The notes under the pieces were generated by a model. That model had not been told where the DNA came from and ran no database searches. It was given only the letters and a program-made list of their open reading frames with translations. A program made the translations under genes and the position numbers. Below, in pieces: positions 29,571 through 39,317 of a stretch of DNA of 64,000 nucleotides (the stretch's first letter is position 1; every line of letters starts with the position of its first letter). This DNA is from Ferroacidibacillus organovorans (GTDB lineage Bacteria > Bacillota > Bacilli > Alicyclobacillales > SLC66): positions 1-64,000 of the forward strand of contig NZ_LSUQ01000011.1 in the NCBI RefSeq assembly GCF_001642725.1, in the 5' to 3' direction.

Positions 29571-31439
29571 TTAACCAACGTGAACGGGTGTCGGAGGGAT
29601 CGGTTTTTTGCCAGCCAGCTCATTCAGGTAGGCGTCGATCAATTTGCGTGCGACCGATCCTGATGAGAGATAGCCTTCACCAGCACCTGGGACAATGACT
29701 GCAACGGCGATCTTTGGATTCTTGTACGGCGCCCAACCAATAAAGAGCGCGATATCGTGACCGACGACACCCGTTTGCGCCGTACCCGTTTTCCCCGCCA
29801 CAGAGTAAGGGTCGCCGAGAAATACGGACCACGATGTTCCCATTCGCTTCGTGGTCACCCAGTGCATGCCTTGACGAATCATACTCAAATTCGCAGGACT
29901 GACAGGCACTTTGTTGAGGACGACCGGCTGAATCGTTTTGATCACCTCGCCTGTCGGCGAAAGGATTTGATGCAGCACTTCTGGCTTCATGCGTTTACCT
30001 GTCGCAATGGCGCTCACGTACTGAGCAAGCCCGATCGCTGAGTACACCTGATCCTGTCCAATCGCCATATACGCGAGATCCGAGAGATAGCCATTATCGT
30101 GGAAATAGCCCACGCGCTCATTAGGCAGGTCGATCTGGGTCGGCGAAGTCAAGCCAAAGTACTTACCAAAACTGGCAAGTTGATTAAACGCTTTGACGCG
30201 CTCACCTGTCATCCACGTGTTGATATTATAAGACGGCGGATAATGTCCCATCCAAAGTCCGGTTTGATACAGAAAGACGTCAGATGAATACTCTAGCGCC
30301 TCTGGAACAGTGACCATTCCGAATCCGCCAGGCACCCACTCGTGCAGGACCGTATTGCCCACCAGCAGATAGCCTGGATCCCAAACGGTCGTCGTCGGTT
30401 TAATCGCGCCCAGATTCAAAGCATCCATAAGCGTCAGCGGTTTTTCCGTCGATCCTGGCATAAAGAGACCCGACACCGCCATATTGAGCGCTGCATTTTG
30501 ATACTGTGCATAGTGCTGATTCGAGATCCCGCCGACAAACCACTGCGGGTTATAATCCGGATAACTGCCCATTGCAAGCACCGCGCCCGTTTGCGGGTTC
30601 ATCGCAACCGCCACACCCGAGTCAACCCACGAATATCCCTGCGAGCGAAGGCTCGCCACTTGGGTTTGAAGCGCCTGTTGCAAAACATTCTGCAGATGTC
30701 CGTCAATGTTCAGGACAAGGTTGTCACCCGGCATCGGCGCGGGATACATGCCAAGCTCTTTCATCGGCACATTCGCCGCATTCACCTGCACACGCATGAC
30801 ACCCGGTACGCCTTGCAGGAGGGAATCGTATTGCTGCTCAATTCCGTCCAACCCAACCAGTGCATTGGCTGGGTACTTGCTATACTGAGGCATCGCGTTA
30901 TTCGGCGGAATAGGCCCGATATACCCAACCACGTGATCAGCGAGTGCGCCATACGGGTAGTAGCGAAGCGGCGTCGTGATCACCCGCACGCCGATCAGCG
31001 AGTTTTCGTGTTCCTCCACGTATGACACTGCGCGTGGAGAGGCATTCTGTAGAATAGTGACCTGTGGGTTCGCGTAATTGTATGCGTTCATCGCCTGTAA
31101 AAGATTTTTTACTGATTCACCAAACGCAGGCGCCAGACGCTTTGCGATCGCATTTGTATTTTGAAGCGGTGTCGCCAAACGCGTGTAGACAACCGTGAAC
31201 GTTGGTTTATCCGCGGCCAGCAATACGTGGTTTCGATCATAAATCCAGCCTCTTGGCGCAGGCACCGCATACGTATCGTACTCGTTCGTATGCTCTTGCG
31301 CGACAAACTGGGAACTCGTCTTGATCTGGAGATACCCCAGGCGAACGATAAGTAGGGACATCGACAAAAAAACCGTGGTAAACGCAAACGCGAGACGCGC
31401 CTCAACAGGGCGGCGCCGCGGTTTGTCTGCCTTTTTCAT
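29571..31439 (-). CDS. class B penicillin-binding protein (PBP2-like)
   Basis: N-terminal TM, PAPRGWIYDRN, RYYPYG, PGSTEK (SxxK), SSD (SxD) and AGKTGT. Confidence 0.92.
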   Translation of the reverse strand: MKKADKPRRRPVEARLAFAFTTVFLSMSLLIVRLGYLQIKTSSQFVAQEHTNEYDTYAVPAPRGWIYDRNHVLLAADKPTFTVVYTRLATPLQNTNAIAKRLAPAFGESVKNLLQAMNAYNYANPQVTILQNASPRAVSYVEEHENSLIGVRVITTPLRYYPYGALADHVVGYIGPIPPNNAMPQYSKYPANALVGLDGIEQQYDSLLQGVPGVMRVQVNAANVPMKELGMYPAPMPGDNLVLNIDGHLQNVLQQALQTQVASLRSQGYSWVDSGVAVAMNPQTGAVLAMGSYPDYNPQWFVGGISNQHYAQYQNAALNMAVSGLFMPGSTEKPLTLMDALNLGAIKPTTTVWDPGYLLVGNTVLHEWVPGGFGMVTVPEALEYSSDVFLYQTGLWMGHYPPSYNINTWMTGERVKAFNQLASFGKYFGLTSPTQIDLPNERVGYFHDNGYLSDLAYMAIGQDQVYSAIGLAQYVSAIATGKRMKPEVLHQILSPTGEVIKTIQPVVLNKVPVSPANLSMIRQGMHWVTTKRMGTSWSVFLGDPYSVAGKTGTAQTGVVGHDIALFIGWAPYKNPKIAVAVIVPGAGEGYLSSGSVARKLIDAYLNELAGKKPIPPTPVHVG

Positions 31440-31631
31440 AGATTCCTAAATCGCCCTCTTCTCCGTAACCGATTCGCAAAAGCCACCATCGTATTATAAA
31501 TCTATGAACCTACGAATAACAGGGAAAAACGAGACTAGACAGGAAATGTTTACACTTTTGCGCAGAGCATAAAGCAGGACGAATTGACTCACGCTAGTTC
31601 TGCAATGAATCCGTTCGAGAGGGGGATGGAC

Positions 31632-31835
31632 ATGACCAAACTGGCACTTGTCCTCGTGATCATCGGGGCGTTGAACTGGTTGCTCGTCGGTCTGTTCCAA
31701 TTTGATATCGTTGCCGCCATTTTCGGCGGTCACGGCACACTTCTTAGCCGCGTCGTCTATACACTGGTTGGCCTCGCCGGAATCTACACCATCGGCCTAC
31801 TGTTTCGCGATGCAGATCATCGCGACGTGGTCTAA
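31632..31835 (+). CDS. DUF378 (YuzA-like) membrane protein
   Basis: LVIIGALNWLLVGLFQFD..AIFG..SR.VY.LVGLAG. Confidence 0.88.
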   Translation: MTKLALVLVIIGALNWLLVGLFQFDIVAAIFGGHGTLLSRVVYTLVGLAGIYTIGLLFRDADHRDVV

Positions 31836-31927
31836 TCGCAAGACAATAGACAGACCCGCGCATGAGCGATCTCTTCGCCTTTGCGTGGGTCTGTCAGCTT
31901 TCATTTGAGGCTAACGCCTTAAGACAA

Positions 31928-33430
31928 TCAACCTCTGCGAATGAGCGTTTTTGTCTTAAAAATACTCGGCCGTCCATCTTTTCGATACAAAGGTGCACGA
32001 ATCAATACGCCTTTGATGCCCTCCCAGTCAAACGGCAAGAAGGGCCACAGATAAGGAACACCAAACGACTTTGTCGTCGCTAGCAGCACGATAAGTCCGA
32101 TGATGCCAAGGATGAAGCCAATCCAACCACCGACCGATGTAACGATGATTAAGATGAAGCGAACGAAGCGATTGGCAGTAGACAGCTCATGTGAAGATGT
32201 GGCAAACTGCGCCACCATTGCAGAGCCCATGAAGACGAGCACCTCAGGCGAAACGAGGTTCATCGAGACGGCAAACGGTCCAAAGACGAGACCGGCAACG
32301 ATACCTGTCGCCGTGGCAAGCGCCGTCGGGGTATTGATCACCGCACGCTCAAAGAGGTCTACGGCAAGCTGCGCCAAGAGAAACTGAACGGCGAGCGGAA
32401 GTGAGAGCGGCGCCGGATCGACCAAACGCGCCAACCAGCGCGGCTCGACCTTTCCAAGTTGCGCCGCAACAATAAAAAAGGATGGCGAGAACACCGAAAT
32501 GAGCGCACCAAGAATCGACACCACGCGCATATACGTCCCATTCGTCGGGTATACGTGATAGTCTTCCGGGTGATGGATGTGATTAAACAGCGTGCTCGGC
32601 GCAATGATCACTTCTGGCGTCGTATCGACGACGATAACGATCTGTCCTTCCATCAGACATGTCGCCGCGACATCAGGCCGCTCCGTGTACCGAACGATCG
32701 GGTACGGATTCCACTTAACCTTTGCGATAAACTCCGTCACCGCTTGCTCACCCATCGCGACAACATCCGTATTGATGGATTTGAGTTCCTTTTTTACATT
32801 GTCGACGAGCGCGTCATTTGTCACATCTTGGAGATACATGACACTCACGTCCGTCTGTGAACGCGTCCCCACTTGAATGAGCTCAACGCGCAACCGTGGA
32901 TCGCGCAGTCGCCTGCGAATCAGCGCGACATTCATAAGCATCGTCTCGACAAACCCGTCACGCGGGCCGCGCACGACCCGCTCAACTTCCGGTTCAGCAA
33001 TGGAGCGCATCGGGTAGATCCGGGTGTCGATCATGAGCGTCTCGTTATACCCGTCGAGGAATATGACAAGCGGACCCGACAGGATGTAGCGAACTGCGTC
33101 TTTCATGTTGTTCACTTTTTGCACTTGAACAAAACTGATCGTGACATTCAAATAGTTTACAAGCTCATCAATCGTAAAATCGCGCGCAGGGTGGCGCGCT
33201 ACAAACTCTTTCAAGGACATCTCAACGTTTTCAAGGATCAGCACCATGTTCATCGTCAAGAAAAAGCCGTTTGCCGTGTATCCCGTCATGCTGATTTGTT
33301 CGTAGACAAACGGTTTGGCGATGAGATCCCAACTGACCCCTATTCCCAGCAGTTGCTTGAGAAATGCGTCATTCTGTTGAAGATTTGTTGAAATGGAAAC
33401 TTGTTCAAGCGACTCCATCTCCGTCGTCAA
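31928..33430 (-). CDS. spoVAF: GerA-family protein, SpoVAF-like
   Basis: IDTRIYP.R.I.EPE.E.VVRGPRDGFVET, WNPYP.VRYTERPD and SFGVPYLWP motifs. Confidence 0.8.
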   Translation of the reverse strand: MTTEMESLEQVSISTNLQQNDAFLKQLLGIGVSWDLIAKPFVYEQISMTGYTANGFFLTMNMVLILENVEMSLKEFVARHPARDFTIDELVNYLNVTISFVQVQKVNNMKDAVRYILSGPLVIFLDGYNETLMIDTRIYPMRSIAEPEVERVVRGPRDGFVETMLMNVALIRRRLRDPRLRVELIQVGTRSQTDVSVMYLQDVTNDALVDNVKKELKSINTDVVAMGEQAVTEFIAKVKWNPYPIVRYTERPDVAATCLMEGQIVIVVDTTPEVIIAPSTLFNHIHHPEDYHVYPTNGTYMRVVSILGALISVFSPSFFIVAAQLGKVEPRWLARLVDPAPLSLPLAVQFLLAQLAVDLFERAVINTPTALATATGIVAGLVFGPFAVSMNLVSPEVLVFMGSAMVAQFATSSHELSTANRFVRFILIIVTSVGGWIGFILGIIGLIVLLATTKSFGVPYLWPFLPFDWEGIKGVLIRAPLYRKDGRPSIFKTKTLIRRG

Positions 33431-33451
33431 TGCGGCTCACTCCTCCACACC

Positions 33452-33481
33452 CAGTATGTGGAACGACGCATCTTCATATAC
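33452..33481 (-). promoter_or_regulatory. candidate sigma-G promoter of the spoVAF-like gene
   Basis: GTATA-N18-CATACTG immediately upstream of the GGAGGAG RBS. Confidence 0.6.
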
Positions 33482-33620
33482 GTGAGTCTCGCAAACTCAC
33501 AAGCCACCCAGTTAGCATGTTTGATTATCACTGAAAGCTTAGGTACACTATATATAGGTAAGTCGACTTCTCATCCTAACTTCGCGATGAATCGACCGCA
33601 GCAAAGGGGGGGATACGCAT

Positions 33621-33929
33621 ATGATGAAGACGATACAAACGGCGGAATACGATAAACTTGTCGGATCCTCCACAAAACCCGTCATTCTTGACTTCTCAGC
33701 GGATTGGTGACCGGGCTGTCGAATGTTGAGACCGGTGGTCTCTAAAATTGCAGGAGAAGATGCAACCGTTGACTATTACTATGTGGATGTCGATCAGTCG
33801 CCTGAACTCGCCATGAAATTTGGCGTTCAGAGCATCCCGACCATGATCTTGATTAAAGACGGAAAAGAAGCGGGTCGCAAGATCGGCGCCGCGCGGGAAG
33901 CAGACGTCCTGAAATTCGCTCACTCTTAA
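33621..33929 (+). CDS. thioredoxin with in-frame TGA at the catalytic position (predicted selenoprotein, UxxC, 102 aa)
   Basis: AAGGGGGG RBS. MMKTIQTAEYDKLVGSSTKPVILDFSADW-TGA(33708-33710)-PGCRMLRP..VDVD..FGVQSIPT..KDG. The ORF track shows only the part after the TGA. Confidence 0.9.
33728..33742 (+). promoter_or_regulatory. candidate bacterial SECIS hairpin
   Basis: GAGACC-GGU-GGUCUC stem-loop starting 17 nt after the UGA, with a G-rich apical loop. Confidence 0.65.
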
Positions 33930-33956
33930 TTCGCGTACACTCCGTAACCATTGCAA

Positions 33957-33995
33957 GGGCGCTCGCCTGGAGAAATCCGACGGGCGCTCTTTTTC
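33957..33995 (+). terminator. intrinsic terminator after thioredoxin
   Basis: AGGGCGCTCG...CGGGCGCTCT followed by a T-run. Confidence 0.65.
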
Positions 33996-34052
33996 ATCAT
34001 CGTGTAAGCTAGAGGTACGTTCATATTTACACGTTTGGGAGGTATTCAATCG

Positions 34053-35033
34053 ATGATTCGAGTGGCTATGATGAGCAAGTGGCACGTTCACGCGACCGAT
34101 TATCTACGCGAGGCGAACGCCCATCCTGAAGTTGAAGTCGCCGCCGTGTGGGACGAAGACCCTGCCCGCGGGCGCGCCTTTGCGCGCGAGATCGGTGTAC
34201 CTTTTTATGATTCTACGTCTTCACTCTACCGCGAGGCAGCTATTGACGGAGTCATCGTCGATACGCCGACAAACATGCACCCTCAGATCATCGCGGAAGC
34301 GATCCAGAATAAGAAGCACGTTTTTAGCGAGAAGGTGCTCGCGCTCAACGCGAGTGACGCGATTCATTTGACTGACCTTGCCCATACGTCAGGTGTTCAT
34401 CTGATGCTTTCCCTGTCTCGTCTCTGCGCGCCATACACCGTGTATGCCGAGTCCCTACTGCAGGAAGAAGCGCTCGGACGCGTCACGTCGTTTCGCTGCC
34501 GCGTCGCGCATGATGGCTCTGTGCCAACCGATGAACATGCACAAGGCTGGCTGCCCGCCCACTTCTACGATCCGATCACGTGTGGAGGCGGCGCACTGAT
34601 TGACCTTGGCGCACATCCCATCTATCTCTCAAACCGCCTCGCAGGTCCTGTACGCGCACTCTCGGCGCGTCTTGAAGCGACGCTTGGTCACGAGGTCGAT
34701 GACAATGCGACCGTAATGATTGAGTACGCGTCAGGCGCGCTCGGTCTCCTTGAGAGCAGCTTCGTCTCGGGAGGCAGCCCCTTTCTTATGGAAATTCACG
34801 GGACGAAGGGTTCCCTGCTGATCGAGAATGAGTCAGCGCGCGTGCGCTTTGGGCGTGGGCCACTTGTTGCAGTGAACCTTCCTCCTGAGCGACGCAGCGC
34901 GATGACGCAGTGGGTGGATGCGATTCTGCGCGACACGGCTCCCGAGATCACGCCAGACGACATGATCGAACTGACACGTGTCAATGAACTGGCGCAGCAA
35001 GCGCATCGCGAAGGACGGCGTGTCACACGCTAA
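34053..35033 (+). CDS. Gfo/Idh/MocA-family oxidoreductase
   Basis: KHVFSEK and GGGALIDLGAHPIY motifs. Confidence 0.9.
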   Translation: MIRVAMMSKWHVHATDYLREANAHPEVEVAAVWDEDPARGRAFAREIGVPFYDSTSSLYREAAIDGVIVDTPTNMHPQIIAEAIQNKKHVFSEKVLALNASDAIHLTDLAHTSGVHLMLSLSRLCAPYTVYAESLLQEEALGRVTSFRCRVAHDGSVPTDEHAQGWLPAHFYDPITCGGGALIDLGAHPIYLSNRLAGPVRALSARLEATLGHEVDDNATVMIEYASGALGLLESSFVSGGSPFLMEIHGTKGSLLIENESARVRFGRGPLVAVNLPPERRSAMTQWVDAILRDTAPEITPDDMIELTRVNELAQQAHREGRRVTR

Positions 35034-35137
35034 ATCGGTGCCCGCGGTGTCATTAAGTTGTCATCTTTTAATGTAACACTCAAGGTATAGTAGACACTTT
35101 TTGTCTATGTACCGTATCGACGGGAAGGTGTTCGTAG

Positions 35138-35809
35138 ATGAAGATCCTCATTGTCGAAGATGATCTTCGCATTGCAGCCCTCTTACAACGCGGACTGGAG
35201 CGAAAAGCACACGTTGTGGACGTTACGCACACGATGCACACCGGTTATCAGGCGGCAATTGACGGTCTTTTTGATGTGTTAATCCTTGACATCAAACTTC
35301 CTGACGGCGACGGGATGTCCCTTTGCGAAAAACTACGAAATGTAGGCGTTACGATTCCTATCCTCATGCTGACCGCAAGGGACAGCACCGAAGACAAAAT
35401 TGCAGGGTTTCATCACGGCGCGGATGACTACCTCACGAAACCATTCTCTTTTGAGGAACTCCACGTGAGGTTGATCGCGTTGGCGCGACGTCCTGCTGCG
35501 TACGTTGAAAATCAGGTCTTGCGCTGTGGCCCTCTTGAATTGAACACAGGGAGTGCTGAAGTGCGCAAAGATGGCGTGTTACTTGAACTATCACGAAAAG
35601 AATTTTCACTTTTGGAACTCCTCATGCGAAACGCGGGACAAGTCATGAGCCGCCAACTCATCCTCGAAAAACTCTGGGGATCCGATTTTGAACCGGAGGC
35701 CAATGTCGTGGAGGCCATCGTCGCGCGTTTGCGCGCAAAGTTGGATGCGCCAAAGTCCGCACCGCTCATACGCACTGTGCGCGGGATCGGTTATAAAGTC
35801 GATCGATGA
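35138..35809 (+). CDS. OmpR-family response regulator
   Basis: MKILIVEDD, ILDIKLPDGDG, GADDYLTKPF and TVRGIGYK. Confidence 0.95.
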   Translation: MKILIVEDDLRIAALLQRGLERKAHVVDVTHTMHTGYQAAIDGLFDVLILDIKLPDGDGMSLCEKLRNVGVTIPILMLTARDSTEDKIAGFHHGADDYLTKPFSFEELHVRLIALARRPAAYVENQVLRCGPLELNTGSAEVRKDGVLLELSRKEFSLLELLMRNAGQVMSRQLILEKLWGSDFEPEANVVEAIVARLRAKLDAPKSAPLIRTVRGIGYKVDR

Positions 35810-37125
35810 AAAATCAATTTACACAGTCTGAGCGTCGCATCTTGTCCCGCATTCTATTCAATGTTTCAGCCTGGCATCTCGTCGCGTTTCTTGTCTTTGA
35901 ATTCGTTTTGATCATTGGAACCTATTACTATGTACAAAATCGAACGATGTCCTACGCGTACCAAGCGGTGCGTGAAGAATGGGAACAAAAGTTACACGGA
36001 ATGGTCGAAACGGCAAACGCTTCGACTCCTTCCTTTCGCAACGCAAAAGTGGACATCGAGCCCGAACCTGTCGCAACGTGGATTTTTTCTAAAGAAGGGT
36101 TTCCTTTATCTGAAGACCTTACCTTGATTGGCGTCACGGGAAACATTGCGCCGCTCATGGAGGTTTATGCGCGCGCCTACACACCGCACACCTTCACACA
36201 GTGGAGCACCACAACGCTGAATAAGCAGCCCCTGCTCATTGGCACGCGCGACATAGGGAAAGCAGGCGCATTTCTCGTCAGCGCATACTCCCTCTCAGAA
36301 ATTGTGCACACCCTTCACGCCCTCGTCGCAGTCGATTTTACACTCGCGCTCGCCAGTTTGTTGATCATCCTGCCGATCACGTACGGTTTGGCAACGCATT
36401 CCCTCAAACCGATTCGCCTCGCCATGCTGCGCCAACGCCATTTCGTCAATGACGCGGCGCATGAACTGAGGACTCCAATGACGCTATTACGCGGTATCCT
36501 CGAACTTGAAAAAGAGAGCAACGATCCCGAAGCGATGCGCACCGCGATTGAAGAAGGATTGCGCGAAGTCGACTATCTCTCACGAATCATCGGCGATCTC
36601 TCCACACTCGCGCGCGTTGGTTCAAATCAACCGACACTAAAATTCGAACCGTTGGAGCTTGGTAAACTTGTTGACGAAGTCGTCTACGCATTGAGCGTTT
36701 TTGCCGAAGAGAATCACGTCAGCGTTTTGGTCGACGCCGGAGGGGAGGCGTGGACGCTCTATAGCGACCGCGTCCAGTTGCGACAACTGCTTACCATTTT
36801 GATTGAAAATGCGATTAAATACAGCCGTCACGATGGTCGCGTCAAGATTCGAATCGGAAGAAAGCGAAATGATCTCTTCATCGACGTGATGGACGACGGC
36901 ATCGGTATCCCTAAAGAAGACTTGCCCCGCGTGTTCGACCGATTCTACCGTTCAAAAGGCGCGGAACAGCACGCAATCGGAAGCGGCATCGGCCTCTCCA
37001 TCGCAGCGTGGATCGTCAGCCTTCTAAAAGGAACCATTGCGGTTTCTAGCATTGAGGGAAAAGGTACAACGTTTCATGTCACACTTCCCTGGCGGTCGAT
37101 TCGGCGCGGCTTTCACTCTACCTGA
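35806..37125 (+). CDS. sensor histidine kinase
   Basis: Two TM segments, AAHELRTP, ENAIKY, DDGIGI and GSGIGLSI. ATGA overlap with the regulator. Confidence 0.93.
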   Translation: MKNQFTQSERRILSRILFNVSAWHLVAFLVFEFVLIIGTYYYVQNRTMSYAYQAVREEWEQKLHGMVETANASTPSFRNAKVDIEPEPVATWIFSKEGFPLSEDLTLIGVTGNIAPLMEVYARAYTPHTFTQWSTTTLNKQPLLIGTRDIGKAGAFLVSAYSLSEIVHTLHALVAVDFTLALASLLIILPITYGLATHSLKPIRLAMLRQRHFVNDAAHELRTPMTLLRGILELEKESNDPEAMRTAIEEGLREVDYLSRIIGDLSTLARVGSNQPTLKFEPLELGKLVDEVVYALSVFAEENHVSVLVDAGGEAWTLYSDRVQLRQLLTILIENAIKYSRHDGRVKIRIGRKRNDLFIDVMDDGIGIPKEDLPRVFDRFYRSKGAEQHAIGSGIGLSIAAWIVSLLKGTIAVSSIEGKGTTFHVTLPWRSIRRGFHST

Positions 37126-37256
37126 ACGACGTGGAGTGTCGCTGCTCCGCGATTCGACGTGTATAGAATGTGAAAAAGTGGACCATCCTGTCATGATATG
37201 ATCATAGAAACCCTCTACGATACAGCTATACCAAGATTCAAGGAGGAACATGAACC

Positions 37257-37664
37257 ATGACAAACATGATGACACGCATGAATCGCGGCATGATCGCCTT
37301 GCTGATTGCTATTCTATCGTTTGTAGCTGGACAGCAATTCACTTCGTCACACGCAGCCTATCAATATGAAGCACGCGAAGTTTCCACCACAGGATCGAGC
37401 ACGTCAACCGCACCGAGCACGCCGGTCCCCGTGATTACGACAAAAACGTCAACCTACAAACCGCCTTTGGCGGAGCGCATCAATCTCGCTGACACCGCCG
37501 CTCTTGACGCAGTACCAGGCGCAAAAGTCCACTCGATCACAGCGACTACGCTGAATGGTCAGCCTGTGTGGCAAGTCGTTCTCACAAAGGCAAAGACACA
37601 GCAGGTCGAAGTGACATTGACACGTCCTGGCAATCACATTTTGCAGATCAAACCGATTGCGTAG
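37257..37664 (+). CDS. secreted PepSY-domain-like protein
   Basis: Signal peptide, Ser/Thr-rich linker, and A..AAL.AVPG.V.....VW.V.......EV......G.IL pattern. Confidence 0.7.
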   Translation: MTNMMTRMNRGMIALLIAILSFVAGQQFTSSHAAYQYEAREVSTTGSSTSTAPSTPVPVITTKTSTYKPPLAERINLADTAALDAVPGAKVHSITATTLNGQPVWQVVLTKAKTQQVEVTLTRPGNHILQIKPIA

Positions 37665-37702
37665 TACCCTATAGAGCCCGCCCATGTCGGGTGCACCACC
37701 CC

Positions 37703-37732
37703 AAGAGCCCCTATTCTAGAATAGGGGCTCTT
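37703..37732. terminator. 30-bp perfect palindrome, bidirectional terminator
   Basis: AAGAGCCCCTATTCT|AGAATAGGGGCTCTT between convergent genes. Confidence 0.8.
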
Positions 37733-37749
37733 TCATTCGTCTCAGCAGA

Positions 37750-38751
37750 TTAAATTTGTTCAATCAGCGCGGCTGCCAGCAGCTCAAACGAGCGCACCCG
37801 GTGTTCGAACTCTGCCGTTGTCGTCACGGCCATCACCTCATCGACGCCATAGTCCGCCGCGAGTTGATGGAACTGCTGTTTCACTGTGGCCTGACTCCCC
37901 ACGATCATGCGTTTACGGTTCTCACGAAGCAGCGCTTGTTCGTACATCGTATAAGGATACGCCAGTGCATCTTTGACCGCTGGCGTCGCGTCCGCCCGCT
38001 TGCCACTCGCGAGCAACACGAGCGCAAGATCAAGGCTCGCCGCAATCCGCTCTGCCTCTGCGTCTGTATCCGCGCATACCGTGAAAATCGCCACTCCTGC
38101 TCTTGGCGTGAGGAGCGCGGCGGAAGGTTTGAATTCAGCCCGATACGCCTGAACTGCCTCCACGCCCCCCTCACCGTTTATGAAGTGGGCAAACATAAAC
38201 GCCGTTCCTTTCGCAGCGGCCGTGCGCGCGCTCACGTCGCTTGAACCGAGTAGCCACATCTCAGGCGCCGTTTTGATTCGCGGTGTCGCGCGAAGTCCCG
38301 CAAAGCGATGTCCCTCTGGCAGAGCGTCGGTCAGATACGCGCGCAGGTCATCCACTTGCTGGCTATACGAGGGTTCTCGTGTCCGCCCCTCTTGGAGCGC
38401 CCGTGTAGAGATTGGCATGCCACCTGGCGCACGCCCGAGTCCGATGTCGATGCGTTCTGGATAGAGCGCCTCAAGCATGCGGAAATTTTCCGCTACCTTA
38501 TACGCACTGTAGTGAGGAAGCATGACACCACCAGAGCCGAGCCGGATCGTCGATGTTCTTGCACCGAGATGAGCGAGAAGAACCTCCGGCGTTGAGCCTG
38601 CCAAGGATGACGCGTCGTGGTGCTCCGACACCCAGAATCGAGTGTATCCGAGCCGCTCTGCCAACTCAGCGATCTTCGCAGTTTGCGCGAGCGCAGTGTG
38701 CGCGTCACTTCCTTGCGCGATCGGCGATTGATCCAGGATGCTAAGCCGCAC
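37750..38751 (-). CDS. luciferase-like (LLM) flavin-dependent oxidoreductase
   Basis: LSILDQSPI, RFWVSEHH, GSGGVMLPHYS, GLGRAPG and WLLGSS motifs. Confidence 0.92.
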   Translation of the reverse strand: MRLSILDQSPIAQGSDAHTALAQTAKIAELAERLGYTRFWVSEHHDASSLAGSTPEVLLAHLGARTSTIRLGSGGVMLPHYSAYKVAENFRMLEALYPERIDIGLGRAPGGMPISTRALQEGRTREPSYSQQVDDLRAYLTDALPEGHRFAGLRATPRIKTAPEMWLLGSSDVSARTAAAKGTAFMFAHFINGEGGVEAVQAYRAEFKPSAALLTPRAGVAIFTVCADTDAEAERIAASLDLALVLLASGKRADATPAVKDALAYPYTMYEQALLRENRKRMIVGSQATVKQQFHQLAADYGVDEVMAVTTTAEFEHRVRSFELLAAALIEQI

Positions 38752-38805
38752 TTCAATCACTCCTAAAAATCTTAGCCAATGCGCCACCTAGGCGCATCAT
38801 GACAC

Positions 38806-39198
38806 CTATTTGGCCTGTTCAATCGCTTGAATCAGCGTGCTTTCCACACCCTGCGCGATTTCGTTCAAGGACGCCACTCCGACAACATCCATCAATGCAG
38901 TCGGTTTAGGCAATCCGATCTGCGTTTTTCCATCCACTTCATAAACAACAATTTTACACGGAAGAAAATAACCTACAAGCGGCGTTTCAGAAAGCACTTT
39001 CTTCGCTTCGTGCGGGTTGCATACCTCAAGCACTCGATACGGCATGTCAAGCGGAACGCCTTTTTCTTCAAGCTTCGCGCGAAGGTCGAGCTTCCAGAGC
39101 ACGCCAAATTTATGTTCCTTTAAAGCGGCTTCCAATGCTTCAACCGCTTCGTCCACCGACTTATTCGTGGTTACAGAATAGTGAAATGACGTCATCAT
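38806..39198 (-). CDS. DUF302 protein
   Basis: FGVL..D..KL..KG, LEVCNP and FLPCKIVVYE motifs. Confidence 0.88.
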   Translation of the reverse strand: MMTSFHYSVTTNKSVDEAVEALEAALKEHKFGVLWKLDLRAKLEEKGVPLDMPYRVLEVCNPHEAKKVLSETPLVGYFLPCKIVVYEVDGKTQIGLPKPTALMDVVGVASLNEIAQGVESTLIQAIEQAK

Positions 39199-39245
39199 TC
39201 TTCCCCCTATCGTAGATACCGCCTGCTAACCTCTACATTTTACCA

Positions 39246-39302
39246 AAAACCCGTACGCGTGATACGTCTTTTGATAGACGCGTCACGAGCACGGGTTTTT
39301 TT
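39246..39302. terminator. long imperfect terminator hairpin
   Basis: AAAAACCCGT..CGTGA..CGTCT / AGACG..TCACG..ACGGGTTTTT. Confidence 0.6.
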
Positions 39303-39317
39303 ACCCCTGTACGTGTA

